A DNA stretch of 34,871 nucleotides from positions 1 to 34,871 of the forward strand of contig CAYHGJ010000002.1 in the NCBI GenBank assembly GCA_964356235.1, given 5' to 3'. Below the pieces are notes generated by a model. The model made no database searches. It was not told the DNA's origin and worked only from the letters and a program-made list of their open reading frames with translations. A program made the position numbers and the translations under genes. The stretch comes from an uncultured Candidatus Saccharibacteria bacterium. Its GTDB lineage: Bacteria; Patescibacteriota; Minisyncoccia; Phycocordibacterales; CAYHGJ01. Positions 25,124 to 33,154 of this stretch are shown here, piece by piece (the stretch's first letter is position 1; every line of letters begins with the position of its first letter).

Positions 25124-25447
25124 ATGCTTTCAAAGAACAAAAGGCTAAACAAAGCCAAATTTAAGGAAATTTTAAAAAAATCCAAGAAAATTGAGGGAGA
25201 AAATTTTTCATACAGGGTGCAGTTTATAAAAAACGGCCAAGAACCGAGGTTTTCTGTGGTGGTATCTTCCAAAGTGTCGCCAAAAGCGGTTGTTCGAAAC
25301 AAGATAAGAAGACAGATATACGAAATATTAGGAAAAACCGCTCTGAATGGTCAAATATCTGCGATTGTATATGTAAAAAAAGAGGCCCTAAAACTTGATT
25401 TTAGGGCTATGAATAAGGAAATTTCTGGTGTTTTGGGCAAGATTTAG
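25124..25447 (+). CDS. rnpA: ribonuclease P protein component
   Basis: Basic 107-aa protein, KNKRLNKAKFKEI..., VVSSKVSPKAVVRNKIRRQ (RNR motif), downstream of rpmH. Confidence 0.85.
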   Translation: MLSKNKRLNKAKFKEILKKSKKIEGENFSYRVQFIKNGQEPRFSVVVSSKVSPKAVVRNKIRRQIYEILGKTALNGQISAIVYVKKEALKLDFRAMNKEISGVLGKI

Positions 25448-25448
25448 C

Positions 25449-25477
25449 TTGACATATAAACGTTTTGGGTGTATAAT
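25449..25477 (+). promoter_or_regulatory. consensus sigma70 promoter, unit 1
   Basis: TTGACA (25449-25454), 17-nt spacer, TATAAT (25472-25477). It starts 2 nt after the rnpA stop. Confidence 0.7.
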
Positions 25478-25497
25478 ACTAAGAGGAGGACAGTCAG

Positions 25498-25638
25498 ATG
25501 ACTTGGCTCATCGTGTGGGACACCCGTCAGGGTCAGACGGTTGAGATCTACATTGGAGGAGCTGACAAGTTCGCAGACTATCTGCGCCACAAGATCAGCT
25601 CTGGATTCAAGGCGGTCTCAATCTGCTGTCAGGGCTAG
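25498..25638 (+). CDS. 46-aa protein of unknown function
   Basis: AAGAGGAGG SD 8 nt upstream of the ATG. MTWLIVWDTRQGQTVEIYIGGADKFADYLRHKISSGFKAVSICCQG. GC-richer than the flanks. Absent from the track because it is shorter than 60 aa. Confidence 0.45.
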   Translation: MTWLIVWDTRQGQTVEIYIGGADKFADYLRHKISSGFKAVSICCQG

Positions 25639-25661
25639 CGGCCCTGTCCTAACCCTGACAA

Positions 25662-25686
25662 GTGGCGCGGAAACGCGCCACTTTTT
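25662..25686 (+). terminator. intrinsic terminator, unit 1
   Basis: GTGGCGCG-GAAA-CGCGCCAC followed by TTTTT. Confidence 0.8.
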
Positions 25687-25721
25687 AAAGCCGTTTTGGA
25701 GGCAAAGGGATTGTTTTAATA

Positions 25722-25750
25722 TTGACAAACTAGTTAATTAGGAGTATAAT
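25722..25750 (+). promoter_or_regulatory. consensus sigma70 promoter, unit 2
   Basis: TTGACA (25722-25727), 17-nt spacer, TATAAT (25745-25750). Confidence 0.7.
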
Positions 25751-25770
25751 AAACATAGGAGGAAACAAAC

Positions 25771-25953
25771 ATGGACAGCGTGGACAGACAAAAAGTCCTA
25801 AGGCGGGCGACCCTTGTGGGTGCAGGTGTATTTTTAGTAGCTCTTTTTTTGATTGAAGTTTTTTTTGGAGGGATTGATATCCCCCTGGTTGTATTTGCTG
25901 GGGGCATCGCAGTAGCATCTGGGGTGATTTACGATTGCATTGTGTGCTGGTAG
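25771..25953 (+). CDS. 60-aa two-TM membrane protein of unknown function
   Basis: AGGAGG SD (25757-25762). MDSVDRQKVLRRATLVGAGVFLVALFLIEVFFGGIDIPLVVFAGGIAVASGVIYDCIVCW. Confidence 0.5.
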   Translation: MDSVDRQKVLRRATLVGAGVFLVALFLIEVFFGGIDIPLVVFAGGIAVASGVIYDCIVCW

Positions 25954-25959
25954 GTTGGA

Positions 25960-25985
25960 AGTGGGGATTCGTCCCCGCTTTTTTA
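25960..25985 (+). terminator. intrinsic terminator, unit 2
   Basis: AGTGGGGA-TTCG-TCCCCGCT followed by TTTTTT. Confidence 0.8.
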
Positions 25986-25998
25986 TTACCACGTTCAC

Positions 25999-26027
25999 TT
26001 GACATGCATTAATTATCAGAATATACT
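25999..26027 (+). promoter_or_regulatory. near-consensus sigma70 promoter, unit 3
   Basis: TTGACA (25999-26004), 17-nt spacer, TATACT (26022-26027). Confidence 0.6.
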
Positions 26028-26033
26028 TTAAAA

Positions 26034-26078
26034 CAATGCAGACATAGCTGTCCGCCCGAGAGGGTGGGCATTTTGTTT
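26034..26078 (+). ncRNA. candidate ~45-nt small RNA (promoter-to-terminator unit without a real ORF)
   Basis: Only a 3-codon ATG-CAG-ACA-TAG lies between the promoter and the terminator TGTCCGCCC-GAGA-GGGTGGGCA plus TTTTGTTT (26049-26078). The 5' end is assumed, not observed. Confidence 0.3.
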
Positions 26079-26180
26079 AATTGTCATAATGCGAATAAAG
26101 CAAAAAAGACGCGAATGGCACGAATTTTAAACAATAAAACAAATGTTTTTAATAACTAATATCTACTAACTAATAATTAT

Positions 26181-27404
26181 ATGTTTGACCTAAAAGTTAT
26201 AAACTCAGTTCTTTCTCAGCTTGAGGAGGAAAAAGCCATACCAAGAGAAAAAGTTCTAGACGCCATAGAATCTGCTTTGGCGACGGCTTACAAAAAAGAA
26301 TATGGCAAGAAGCATCAGATAATCAAATGCACTTTTGACCTAAATACTGGAAAAACAGAATTTTTTCAAATGAAAAAAGTGATTTCACCTGATATGGTTG
26401 TTCCAGAAGATGAAGATTTGCCTATTGGTAATGATGAAATGGTGCATTTCAACGAAGAAAGACATATATACATAGATGATGCCAAAAGAATCAAGAAAGA
26501 TATTTCTGTTGGGGAAGAAATAAGTTTTCCTCTTGAAGACAAACATGATTTTGGAAGAATTTCTGCGCAGACCGCAAAACAAGTTATTATACAAAAAATA
26601 AGAGAGGCAGAAAGAAGTTCTGTGTTTAGCGAGTATGGACAAAGAGAAGGAGAGATTGTTTCTGGTACAGTTCAGAGAATCGAAAGAGGGAATATTTTTG
26701 TGGACCTCGGAAGGGCCACTGGTATTATTCCTTATGAAGAGCAGATCCCAGGAGAAAGATATAAACAAGGAGAAATAATCAGAGGATATCTCTACTCTGT
26801 GGAAGAAAGCCCAAGAGGAATATTTGTTAGAATTTCTCGCTCACACCCAAAGTTTCTGGTTAAACTTTTTGAAAATGAGGCGCCTGAGATTGCAACAGGT
26901 GTTGTAGAAATAAAAGCGGTGGCAAGAGAAGCTGGGGCTCGATCAAAAATAGCGGTTCTTTCCCACGATGCGCAGGTGGATCCTGTGGGTGCATGTGTTG
27001 GACAACGAGGGTCTCGTGTTTCTGTTGTCACAAGCGAGCTTGGAGGAGAAAGAATAGATATTGTGGAGTGGTCGCCAGAGGACGTGAGGTTTATAGAAGA
27101 GGCTCTCTCTCCTGCCAAAATAAATAATGTGAAGATAATTGATGAAGAAGAAAAAAGGGCAGAAGTAGAAGTGGCCGAAGATCAGCTGTCTCTTGCCATT
27201 GGTAAGGGAGGACAAAATGTTCGTTTGGCGGCAAAACTTACTGGCTGGAAGATAGACATAAAATCTAACATGATGAAAAAAGAAGAAAACAACGAAGAGG
27301 ATGAGGGGGTAGATTATGGCACAGAGATATATACAGAAGAAAGCCCTCAAAAAGAAGATGAAACTGTTTCTTCAAAAAGTGACGAAGAGAAAGCAGAAGA
27401 ATAG
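26181..27404 (+). CDS. nusA: transcription termination/antitermination factor NusA
   Basis: N-terminal domain, S1 domain (GEIVSGTVQRIERGNIFVDLG), two KH domains (GACVGQRGSRV, AIGKGGQNVRLA), acidic tail. Confidence 0.95.
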   Translation: MFDLKVINSVLSQLEEEKAIPREKVLDAIESALATAYKKEYGKKHQIIKCTFDLNTGKTEFFQMKKVISPDMVVPEDEDLPIGNDEMVHFNEERHIYIDDAKRIKKDISVGEEISFPLEDKHDFGRISAQTAKQVIIQKIREAERSSVFSEYGQREGEIVSGTVQRIERGNIFVDLGRATGIIPYEEQIPGERYKQGEIIRGYLYSVEESPRGIFVRISRSHPKFLVKLFENEAPEIATGVVEIKAVAREAGARSKIAVLSHDAQVDPVGACVGQRGSRVSVVTSELGGERIDIVEWSPEDVRFIEEALSPAKINNVKIIDEEEKRAEVEVAEDQLSLAIGKGGQNVRLAAKLTGWKIDIKSNMMKKEENNEEDEGVDYGTEIYTEESPQKEDETVSSKSDEEKAEE

Positions 27405-27508
27405 ATGTTAAGAACTCAAACCAAAAACAGTTTTTTACTTTGGGGGGTATTTTTTGTATAATGGTAAGGATTATTAGAGGTTCGTTTTTAACCAAAGATA
27501 TAAACAAT

Positions 27509-28234
27509 ATGAAGAAACTTACATTTTTGATAGCGCTTATGATGGTGGCGCTCCCAGCCTTTGCCCTGGCCGAGGAGGATTCTCTCAAAGAGGATGAGAG
27601 CAGAGGGTATGGTATTAGAAGTTTGTGGCAAGAAAGCAGAGAAAAAAGAGAAGAGGAAAGAGAGGCCCTTCTTGAAAAAAGAAAGGAGTGTCTTGAAGAG
27701 AGGGAGGATGATTGTTCCCCACTTCTTTTAGGACAAGAGAGAAGAGAAGAGAAGAAAAATGAAGTAAAAAAGATGATGGAGGAGCAGAGAAAGAAAATGG
27801 AAGAAAGAAGAGCAGAAATAAAAGCGAAAGTTTCTGAAAAGCTAGCAGAAGCATTTGAGAAATCATTTGAAAACTTCAAAAAAGCAACGGAAAGGTTGGC
27901 AGAACACACTACAAATATAGAAGAAAGAATATCGGAGTTTGAAGCTGACGGAAGAGATTTGGCAAATGCCAAAAAAGAGCTTGAAGAGGCAAAAGTTTTG
28001 ATAGGGGCACTTCCTGCCATTATAGAAACGGCAGAGAAAAGTATTGCTGAGAAACTTTCTCTTGATGATCCAAAAAATAAAATTCCTGAAATAAGGCAAA
28101 TCTTGAATGAAACGAAACAACAGATAAAGGATGCTCATAAAGCGCTCATCGAGGCAATTGTTGAAATAAAAAACAACATAAAGTCAGAGGAAGATGAAAG
28201 CGATGATGATTCGGCAGACGACACTTCAAATTAA
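27509..28234 (+). CDS. secreted coiled-coil protein, unknown function
   Basis: MKKLTFLIALMMVALPAFALA signal peptide, E/K/R-rich helical body, acidic tail. Upstream TTTACT-17 nt-TATAAT. Confidence 0.55.
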   Translation: MKKLTFLIALMMVALPAFALAEEDSLKEDESRGYGIRSLWQESREKREEEREALLEKRKECLEEREDDCSPLLLGQERREEKKNEVKKMMEEQRKKMEERRAEIKAKVSEKLAEAFEKSFENFKKATERLAEHTTNIEERISEFEADGRDLANAKKELEEAKVLIGALPAIIETAEKSIAEKLSLDDPKNKIPEIRQILNETKQQIKDAHKALIEAIVEIKNNIKSEEDESDDDSADDTSN

Positions 28235-28244
28235 AAATTTATTC

Positions 28245-28297
28245 ACCCTGTTAAATCATTCTCGTCGAGAATGACACAGTGGTGTATTTAACAGGGT
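28245..28297 (+). repeat. ACCCTG-family inverted repeat, short member
   Basis: ACCCTGTTAAAT (28245-28256) and ATTTAACAGGGT (28286-28297). Nested hairpin CATTCTC-gtc-GAGAATG (28257-28273). Confidence 0.85.
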
Positions 28298-28315
28298 AAA
28301 CTTAACTAAAACAAC

Positions 28316-28585
28316 ATGGAAGGTTTCACACCAAATCCAAACATAGGAAGCGCAAGCACTTCTCCGGAAAAAGGAGGAATGGGGGCTCTCATAGGATCGG
28401 TCATCGTCGTTATCATTTTAGTCTTCGGGGGGATTTATTTTTGGGGACAAAATGTTGATGAAATAAAAAAGTCTGAAAATGCCACAACCACAGATTCTAT
28501 TTCTGATATTGAGGCCGATTTAAATGCAGAAAATCTAGACACGCTAGATGCCGATTTGGATCAGAGTCTTAACACAGAGCTTTAA
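28316..28585 (+). CDS. small membrane-anchored protein, unknown function
   Basis: 89 aa, single TM helix (ALIGSVIVVIILVFGGIYFW), acidic C-terminal tail. A terminator follows. Confidence 0.45.
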   Translation: MEGFTPNPNIGSASTSPEKGGMGALIGSVIVVIILVFGGIYFWGQNVDEIKKSENATTTDSISDIEADLNAENLDTLDADLDQSLNTEL

Positions 28586-28602
28586 TTGTTTTTTCAAAAA
28601 AT

Positions 28603-28641
28603 CACTCCACTCCGCCAGCTGGCGGATTGGGGTGGTTTTTT
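28603..28641 (+). terminator. intrinsic terminator
   Basis: CACTCCACTCCGCC-AGCT-GGCGGATTGGGGTGG followed by TTTTTT. Confidence 0.7.
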
Positions 28642-28655
28642 GTTTGAGGGGCATG

Positions 28656-28787
28656 CCCGCACACCAACCCTGCCATTATTTTACTTTGTCAGCAACTTAT
28701 TTTTTTCTATACTGATTAAAACGATAAGATGTATTAATAAAAATTATATATAAAAATAGTGAGGCGATGGCAGGGTTGGTGTGCGGG
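28656..28787 (+). repeat. 21-bp perfect inverted repeat enclosing a 90-nt AT-rich promoter-like segment upstream of tig
   Basis: CCCGCACACCAACCCTGCCAT (28656-28676) and ATGGCAGGGTTGGTGTGCGGG (28767-28787). The interior has TTGTCA (28686-28691), 16 nt, TATACT (28708-28713), pointing at tig. Confidence 0.9.
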
Positions 28788-28827
28788 TTTTGATTTTTTC
28801 TTAAAATTCGTATACCTTTAATGAGCG

Positions 28828-29841
28828 ATGACAACAATAAAAAAATTAGATAATAGCGAAGTAGAGATAGAGGCCGAAATAGAAGTGGACGTTTTAGACA
28901 AGCATTTCAACGAGATTTTAAATGAGTCTGTCAAAGAGTTTGAGACTCATGGGTTTAGAAAGGGCAAGGCCCCTCTCTCTTTGGTTAGGCAAAAAATAGG
29001 AGAGAAGTACCTTTTGGATGAGGCGGGACTTTCTGCCATAGAAGAAGAATATTTATCTATATTGGAGAAGGAAAACATAAAAGCCATTGGCTCCCCCGCT
29101 GTCACTATAATCAAGCTTGCGCTTGGCAACCCTCTTTTATTTAAGATAAAAACTGCTGTTTTGCCAGAGTTTACCCTTCCGGACTATAAGAAAATTGGAA
29201 GTGAAGTAAACAAAACAAAAATAAAAGAAGAAGAATTATCTCCAACAGAGGAGGAGATAAAAAATGTTTTGATGCAAATAAGAATGTCAGGAATGTCTCA
29301 AAAAGAAAAAGAAGACAAAAAAAAGCCGGCAGAGTTGACAGATGAACTTGCTAAAAAGCTTGGCGCGAAAGGCAAGGAAGACTTGGAGAAAAAAGTAAAA
29401 GAAAATCTAACACAAGAAAAAACTTATCACCATAAAGAAAAGAAAAGAGCTGAGATTTCTGAAAAACTTATCGCAAGCACCGAGATTTTATTGCCGAGCA
29501 TTTTAGTAGAAAATGAATTGTCAAAAATGCTCGGGGAGTTTGGTGCAAACATTGAAAAAATGGGTCTCAAAAAAGAAGATTACCTTAAAAAAATAAACAA
29601 GAGTGAAGAAAAATTGAAAGAAGAATGGAAGACGGATGCAGAAAAAAGAGTGAAACTTCAACTTGTTATAAATAAAATTTCTGAAACAGAAAAACTAATT
29701 CCAGACCGTGACAAGGTAAAAAGAGAGGCGGAGCACCTGCTCCACCATTATAATGACGCTTCTCCGGAGAGAGTGCTTGATTATGTGGAGATGATAATGA
29801 CTAATGAAACAGTATTTGATTTTCTAGAAAATCAAAAATAG
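28828..29841 (+). CDS. tig: trigger factor, short form lacking the PPIase domain
   Basis: N-terminal ribosome-binding signature GFRKGKAP. The sequence passes from the N domain directly into the helical C-terminal arm region. 337 aa. Confidence 0.8.
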   Translation: MTTIKKLDNSEVEIEAEIEVDVLDKHFNEILNESVKEFETHGFRKGKAPLSLVRQKIGEKYLLDEAGLSAIEEEYLSILEKENIKAIGSPAVTIIKLALGNPLLFKIKTAVLPEFTLPDYKKIGSEVNKTKIKEEELSPTEEEIKNVLMQIRMSGMSQKEKEDKKKPAELTDELAKKLGAKGKEDLEKKVKENLTQEKTYHHKEKKRAEISEKLIASTEILLPSILVENELSKMLGEFGANIEKMGLKKEDYLKKINKSEEKLKEEWKTDAEKRVKLQLVINKISETEKLIPDRDKVKREAEHLLHHYNDASPERVLDYVEMIMTNETVFDFLENQK

Positions 29842-29876
29842 TCAAAATGTGTTAGAATATAAAAGTCGTTAATTTA

Positions 29877-30010
29877 TCCGCACACTGACCCTGTTATCGT
29901 CTAATATTTTGATGATTGAGACTTACCATTTGGTTTTGTATAATAAGGGTGGTATAAAGAGATACCCGATTTATTACAAAGACAAAATAATAACAGGGTT
30001 AGTGTGCGGA
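29877..30010 (+). repeat. 21-bp inverted repeat (20 Watson-Crick pairs plus one G.T) enclosing a 92-nt promoter-like segment upstream of clpP
   Basis: TCCGCACACTGACCCTGTTAT (29877-29897) and ATAACAGGGTTAGTGTGCGGA (29990-30010). The interior has TTGAGA (29916-29921), 17 nt, TATAAT (29939-29944), pointing at clpP. Confidence 0.9.
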
Positions 30011-30033
30011 CACGCTCATAACCCAAAACTCAC

Positions 30034-30615
30034 ATGTTAGTCCCAATCGTTGTAGATAAAACCCAGTTTGGAGAGAGGTCATATGATATATACTCTCGCC
30101 TGTTAAAAGATAGGATAGTTTTTCTTGCCGGTCCCATTGATGATGTTGTGGCAAATATTGTTATTGCCCAGCTTCTCTTTTTGGAATCGGAGGATTCAAA
30201 GAAGGACATATATCTTTACATAAACTCTCCGGGAGGAGATGTTAGCGCTGGCCTTGCTATCATAGATACAATGAACCACATCAAACCTCCTGTAAACACT
30301 GTTTGTGTAGGACTTGCCGCCTCAGCAGCCGCCATCATCCTTGCCTCTGGCCAAAAGGGCAAAAGGTTTGCTCTGCCAAATGCCGAAATAATGATTCACC
30401 AACCATGGGGAGGGGCTCAAGGTCAGACTTCGGATATTGAGATTACTGCCAAAAGAATGCTTAGAATGAGAGAAAACCTCAACAAAATGCTTTCTGATAA
30501 AACAGGACAACCTTTAGACAAGGTTTCCAAGGACGTGGATAGAGACTATTTTATGTCAGCAGATGAGGCCAAAAAATACGGACTTATTGATGAGGTGTAT
30601 AAGGTAAAGAAATAG
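30034..30615 (+). CDS. clpP: ATP-dependent Clp protease proteolytic subunit
   Basis: [17 protein letters not shown], catalytic GLAASAAA (Ser), MIHQP (His). Confidence 0.95.
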   Translation: MLVPIVVDKTQFGERSYDIYSRLLKDRIVFLAGPIDDVVANIVIAQLLFLESEDSKKDIYLYINSPGGDVSAGLAIIDTMNHIKPPVNTVCVGLAASAAAIILASGQKGKRFALPNAEIMIHQPWGGAQGQTSDIEITAKRMLRMRENLNKMLSDKTGQPLDKVSKDVDRDYFMSADEAKKYGLIDEVYKVKK

Positions 30616-30640
30616 AAGGGAGCAAAAAAGCGCAAAAAGC

Positions 30641-30679
30641 AACCCCCCACTTGGCGGTTAAACCGCCAAGTGGGGGGTT
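30641..30679. terminator. 39-nt perfect palindrome after clpP
   Basis: AACCCCCCACTTGGCGGTT a AACCGCCAAGTGGGGGGTT. No clean U-run follows. The TTGTCA at 30678-30683 overlaps its end. Confidence 0.6.
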
Positions 30680-30724
30680 GTCAATAGGGGGGTTTTATGG
30701 TAATGTCAAAAATGGAGGTGATAT

Positions 30725-31120
30725 ATGAGGTCTCTACAAAGTCCATTTAATTGGACAGAAGTAGTAAGAGTAATTGTCGCGGCTTCTTTTTGTATTTTGA
30801 GCATAGGTGTAATTGTTTCTCTGTCTATCAGGGCAGCAAACATTGATCATGGGAAAGATTCCTCACCAATTCCCATCGGGATTTCTTCTGAAGGAGAATG
30901 GCGCGAAGTTGTTGGTGGCCCTTCATATGCGGAAGGAGTACCCTATTTTGTTTTGAAAAGCGGGTATGTCGCTTTCTGTTCCAGAGAAAAACTTGAAACA
31001 CTTGGTGGCAAAAAATACCCTCTTGAAGCAAGAGTGCGGAGTGTGCCGGGGCGATATTCCCTTGCGATTACGGGAGGACAAGTTATCTTGGAATTTAGGG
31101 AGATAAAAAATGTTCCGTAG
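30725..31120 (+). CDS. membrane-anchored protein, unknown function
   Basis: Anti-SD-complementary GGAGGTGAT (30714-22). N-terminal TM helix (VVRVIVAASFCILSIGVIVSL). GC-richer than the flanks. Confidence 0.5.
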   Translation: MRSLQSPFNWTEVVRVIVAASFCILSIGVIVSLSIRAANIDHGKDSSPIPIGISSEGEWREVVGGPSYAEGVPYFVLKSGYVAFCSREKLETLGGKKYPLEARVRSVPGRYSLAITGGQVILEFREIKNVP

Positions 31121-31274
31121 AACAAAGGAAGAGAAGGCTCGTTCAAAAGAACTGAATAAAATGGTTTTTTGGTTTCTTTGGAACACGGGAATTCTACCAA
31201 CATATATTGTAATTATGATTCTTCTCCTAGTTTTCATTATTGGCTTTGGAACAATGTCAACTCATGGGCGCTGA
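31110..31274 (+). CDS. 54-aa membrane protein, overlaps the previous gene by 11 nt
   Basis: MFRRTKEEKARSKELNKMVFWFLWNTGILPTYIVIMILLLVFIIGFGTMSTHGR. Basic N-terminus then hydrophobic helices. Absent from the track. TGA stop. Confidence 0.4.
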   Translation: MFRRTKEEKARSKELNKMVFWFLWNTGILPTYIVIMILLLVFIIGFGTMSTHGR

Positions 31275-31284
31275 AAGTTTCTAT

Positions 31285-31312
31285 ATCTCGAGGAAATCCC
31301 TCGAGATTTTTG
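31285..31312 (+). terminator. intrinsic terminator
   Basis: ATCTCGAGG-aaatc-CCTCGAGAT followed by TTTTTG. Confidence 0.8.
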
Positions 31313-31572
31313 TTATACAAATGTGTTGATAACATTATAAACCAGCCGTAACACTCCGTTTTTTTGATGTCTTGCCAAAACTACCGCCTTCTTGTATGAT
31401 AAGAGCATTAATCAATTAATTATTTAGTTCGCTTTTCGAGAAATTCCATTTTAAGCACGCAGTTTCCTAAAAAACCTAGATTTTTCAAAGCATTTTACGC
31501 ATGTTTACAATAAATTACAGTTATAGACTGCTCAACTTTAAAAGAACCTAGAAAGGCGAAAATTTATTCGCT

Positions 31573-33102
31573 ATGTCATTAAAATTAGTACTAGTTTTGG
31601 CAAGTTTTGCCGGACTAATTGGTATTGGCATTGGTTATTTTCTTAGAATACTGGTAGCTCTTGGCAAGAAGGGCTCTGTGGAGTTAGAGGTCAAACAACT
31701 ACTCCTTGATGCCAGAGGAGAAGCAAAAGAAATAACCGATAAAGCTCAAACCAGAGCAGAAGAAGTATTAGAGCAGGCCAAGTTTGAGCTTAAAGAAAAA
31801 GACGATAAGCTCAAAAAAACAGAAGACAGACTTGTCAAAAAAGAAGAGCTTTTGGACAAAAGACAGGTAGATATAGACACAGAGGCAGAAAATCTAAAAG
31901 CCAAAGTGTCTGAGATAAAGAAAATAAAAGAAAAGGCTGAAGAAATAGAGCAAGAAAAGAAAAAAGAACTTGAAAGAGTGGCTCGTCTTACAGAAGAAGA
32001 AGGCAAGGCCGAACTTCTCAGAATGCTTGAAAAGCAATATGAGGAGGATTTGGTTGTTAGGGTCCACAAACTAGAAGAAACAGGAAAAGAGGAACTTGAA
32101 AGAAAGGCTCAGGACATTTTGATTACCTCAATACACAGACTCGGCAACTCAGTTGCCAATGATGTTCTTTCTACATCTGTAGATATTCCATCAGATGAAG
32201 TCAAAGGTAAAATTATTGGTAAAGAAGGCAGAAATATAAAAGCGTTTGAGAGAATAACTGGCGTGGAGGTTATAGTGGATGATACTCCGGGCAGTATTAT
32301 GATTTCTTCATTTGACCCAATAAGAAGACAAATTGCCAGAGTGGCGCTTGAAAGGCTTGTTGCAGATGGCAGGATACAGCCGGCCAAAATAGAAGAAGAA
32401 GTAGAGAAAGCAAAACAAGATATAAACAAAATTGTTAAGGAAAAGGGAGAAAAGGCGGCCTACGAGTGTGGGGTTTTCAACCTAGACCCTAGGATTATAG
32501 CTATTTTAGGAAGACTACACTTCCGCACAAGCTATGGGCAAAATGTTTTGCAACACTCCATTGAGATGGCTCATATTTCCGGCATGATTGCTGAGGAGCT
32601 TGGGGTGAATGTTGCCATTGCCAAAGCAGGGGCCTTGCTTCACGATATCGGGAAAGCTGTAGACCACGAGGTGGTGGGCACTCATGTGGAAATTGGCAGA
32701 AGAATATTGCAAAAATTTGGGGCAGATGAAAGGATTGTCCAAGCAATGCAGGCTCATCACGAGGAATACCCTTATGAAACACCAGAATCCATCATTGTGC
32801 AGGTAGCAGATGCTATATCTGGTGGTCGTCCGGGGGCAAGAAGAGACACGGTGGAAAACTATCTCAAAAGACTCGGAGACTTGGAGGCTATTGCCAACTC
32901 TATGCCGGGGGTGGAAAAGTCTTACGCCTTGCAGGCAGGTAGAGAGGTCAGGATATTTGTTACCCCAGAGCAGGTGACTGATTTGGAGGCTAGAAATATG
33001 GCCCGTGAGATAGCTGTCAGGATAGAAAATGAGCTTAAATACCCAGGGGAGATCAAAGTCAATGTTATAAGAGAGTCCAGGGCGATTGAATTTGCTAGAT
33101 AA
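31573..33102 (+). CDS. rny: ribonuclease Y
   Basis: N-terminal TM helix, long coiled coil, KH domain (GKIIGKEGRNIKAFE), HD domain (LLHDIGKA...HHEE). Confidence 0.95.
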   Translation: MSLKLVLVLASFAGLIGIGIGYFLRILVALGKKGSVELEVKQLLLDARGEAKEITDKAQTRAEEVLEQAKFELKEKDDKLKKTEDRLVKKEELLDKRQVDIDTEAENLKAKVSEIKKIKEKAEEIEQEKKKELERVARLTEEEGKAELLRMLEKQYEEDLVVRVHKLEETGKEELERKAQDILITSIHRLGNSVANDVLSTSVDIPSDEVKGKIIGKEGRNIKAFERITGVEVIVDDTPGSIMISSFDPIRRQIARVALERLVADGRIQPAKIEEEVEKAKQDINKIVKEKGEKAAYECGVFNLDPRIIAILGRLHFRTSYGQNVLQHSIEMAHISGMIAEELGVNVAIAKAGALLHDIGKAVDHEVVGTHVEIGRRILQKFGADERIVQAMQAHHEEYPYETPESIIVQVADAISGGRPGARRDTVENYLKRLGDLEAIANSMPGVEKSYALQAGREVRIFVTPEQVTDLEARNMAREIAVRIENELKYPGEIKVNVIRESRAIEFAR

Positions 33103-33154
33103 AAGGTTAATGCTTGCCCCCGTAGCTTCCGAGCCTTGCGAGGAATGGTTCGGG

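Noticed and set aside
25541-25741. 66-aa plus-strand ORF across units 1 and 2
   Set aside because: It has no SD and a non-ATG start, and it reads through the unit-1 terminator and the unit-2 -35 box. The 46-aa frame with the AAGAGGAGG SD is preferred.
27265-28020. 251-aa minus-strand ORF
   Set aside because: It is low-complexity (S/F/L-rich) and antisense to the E/K-rich coiled-coil gene and the nusA tail. This is the typical shadow frame of a purine-rich coding strand, with no SD.
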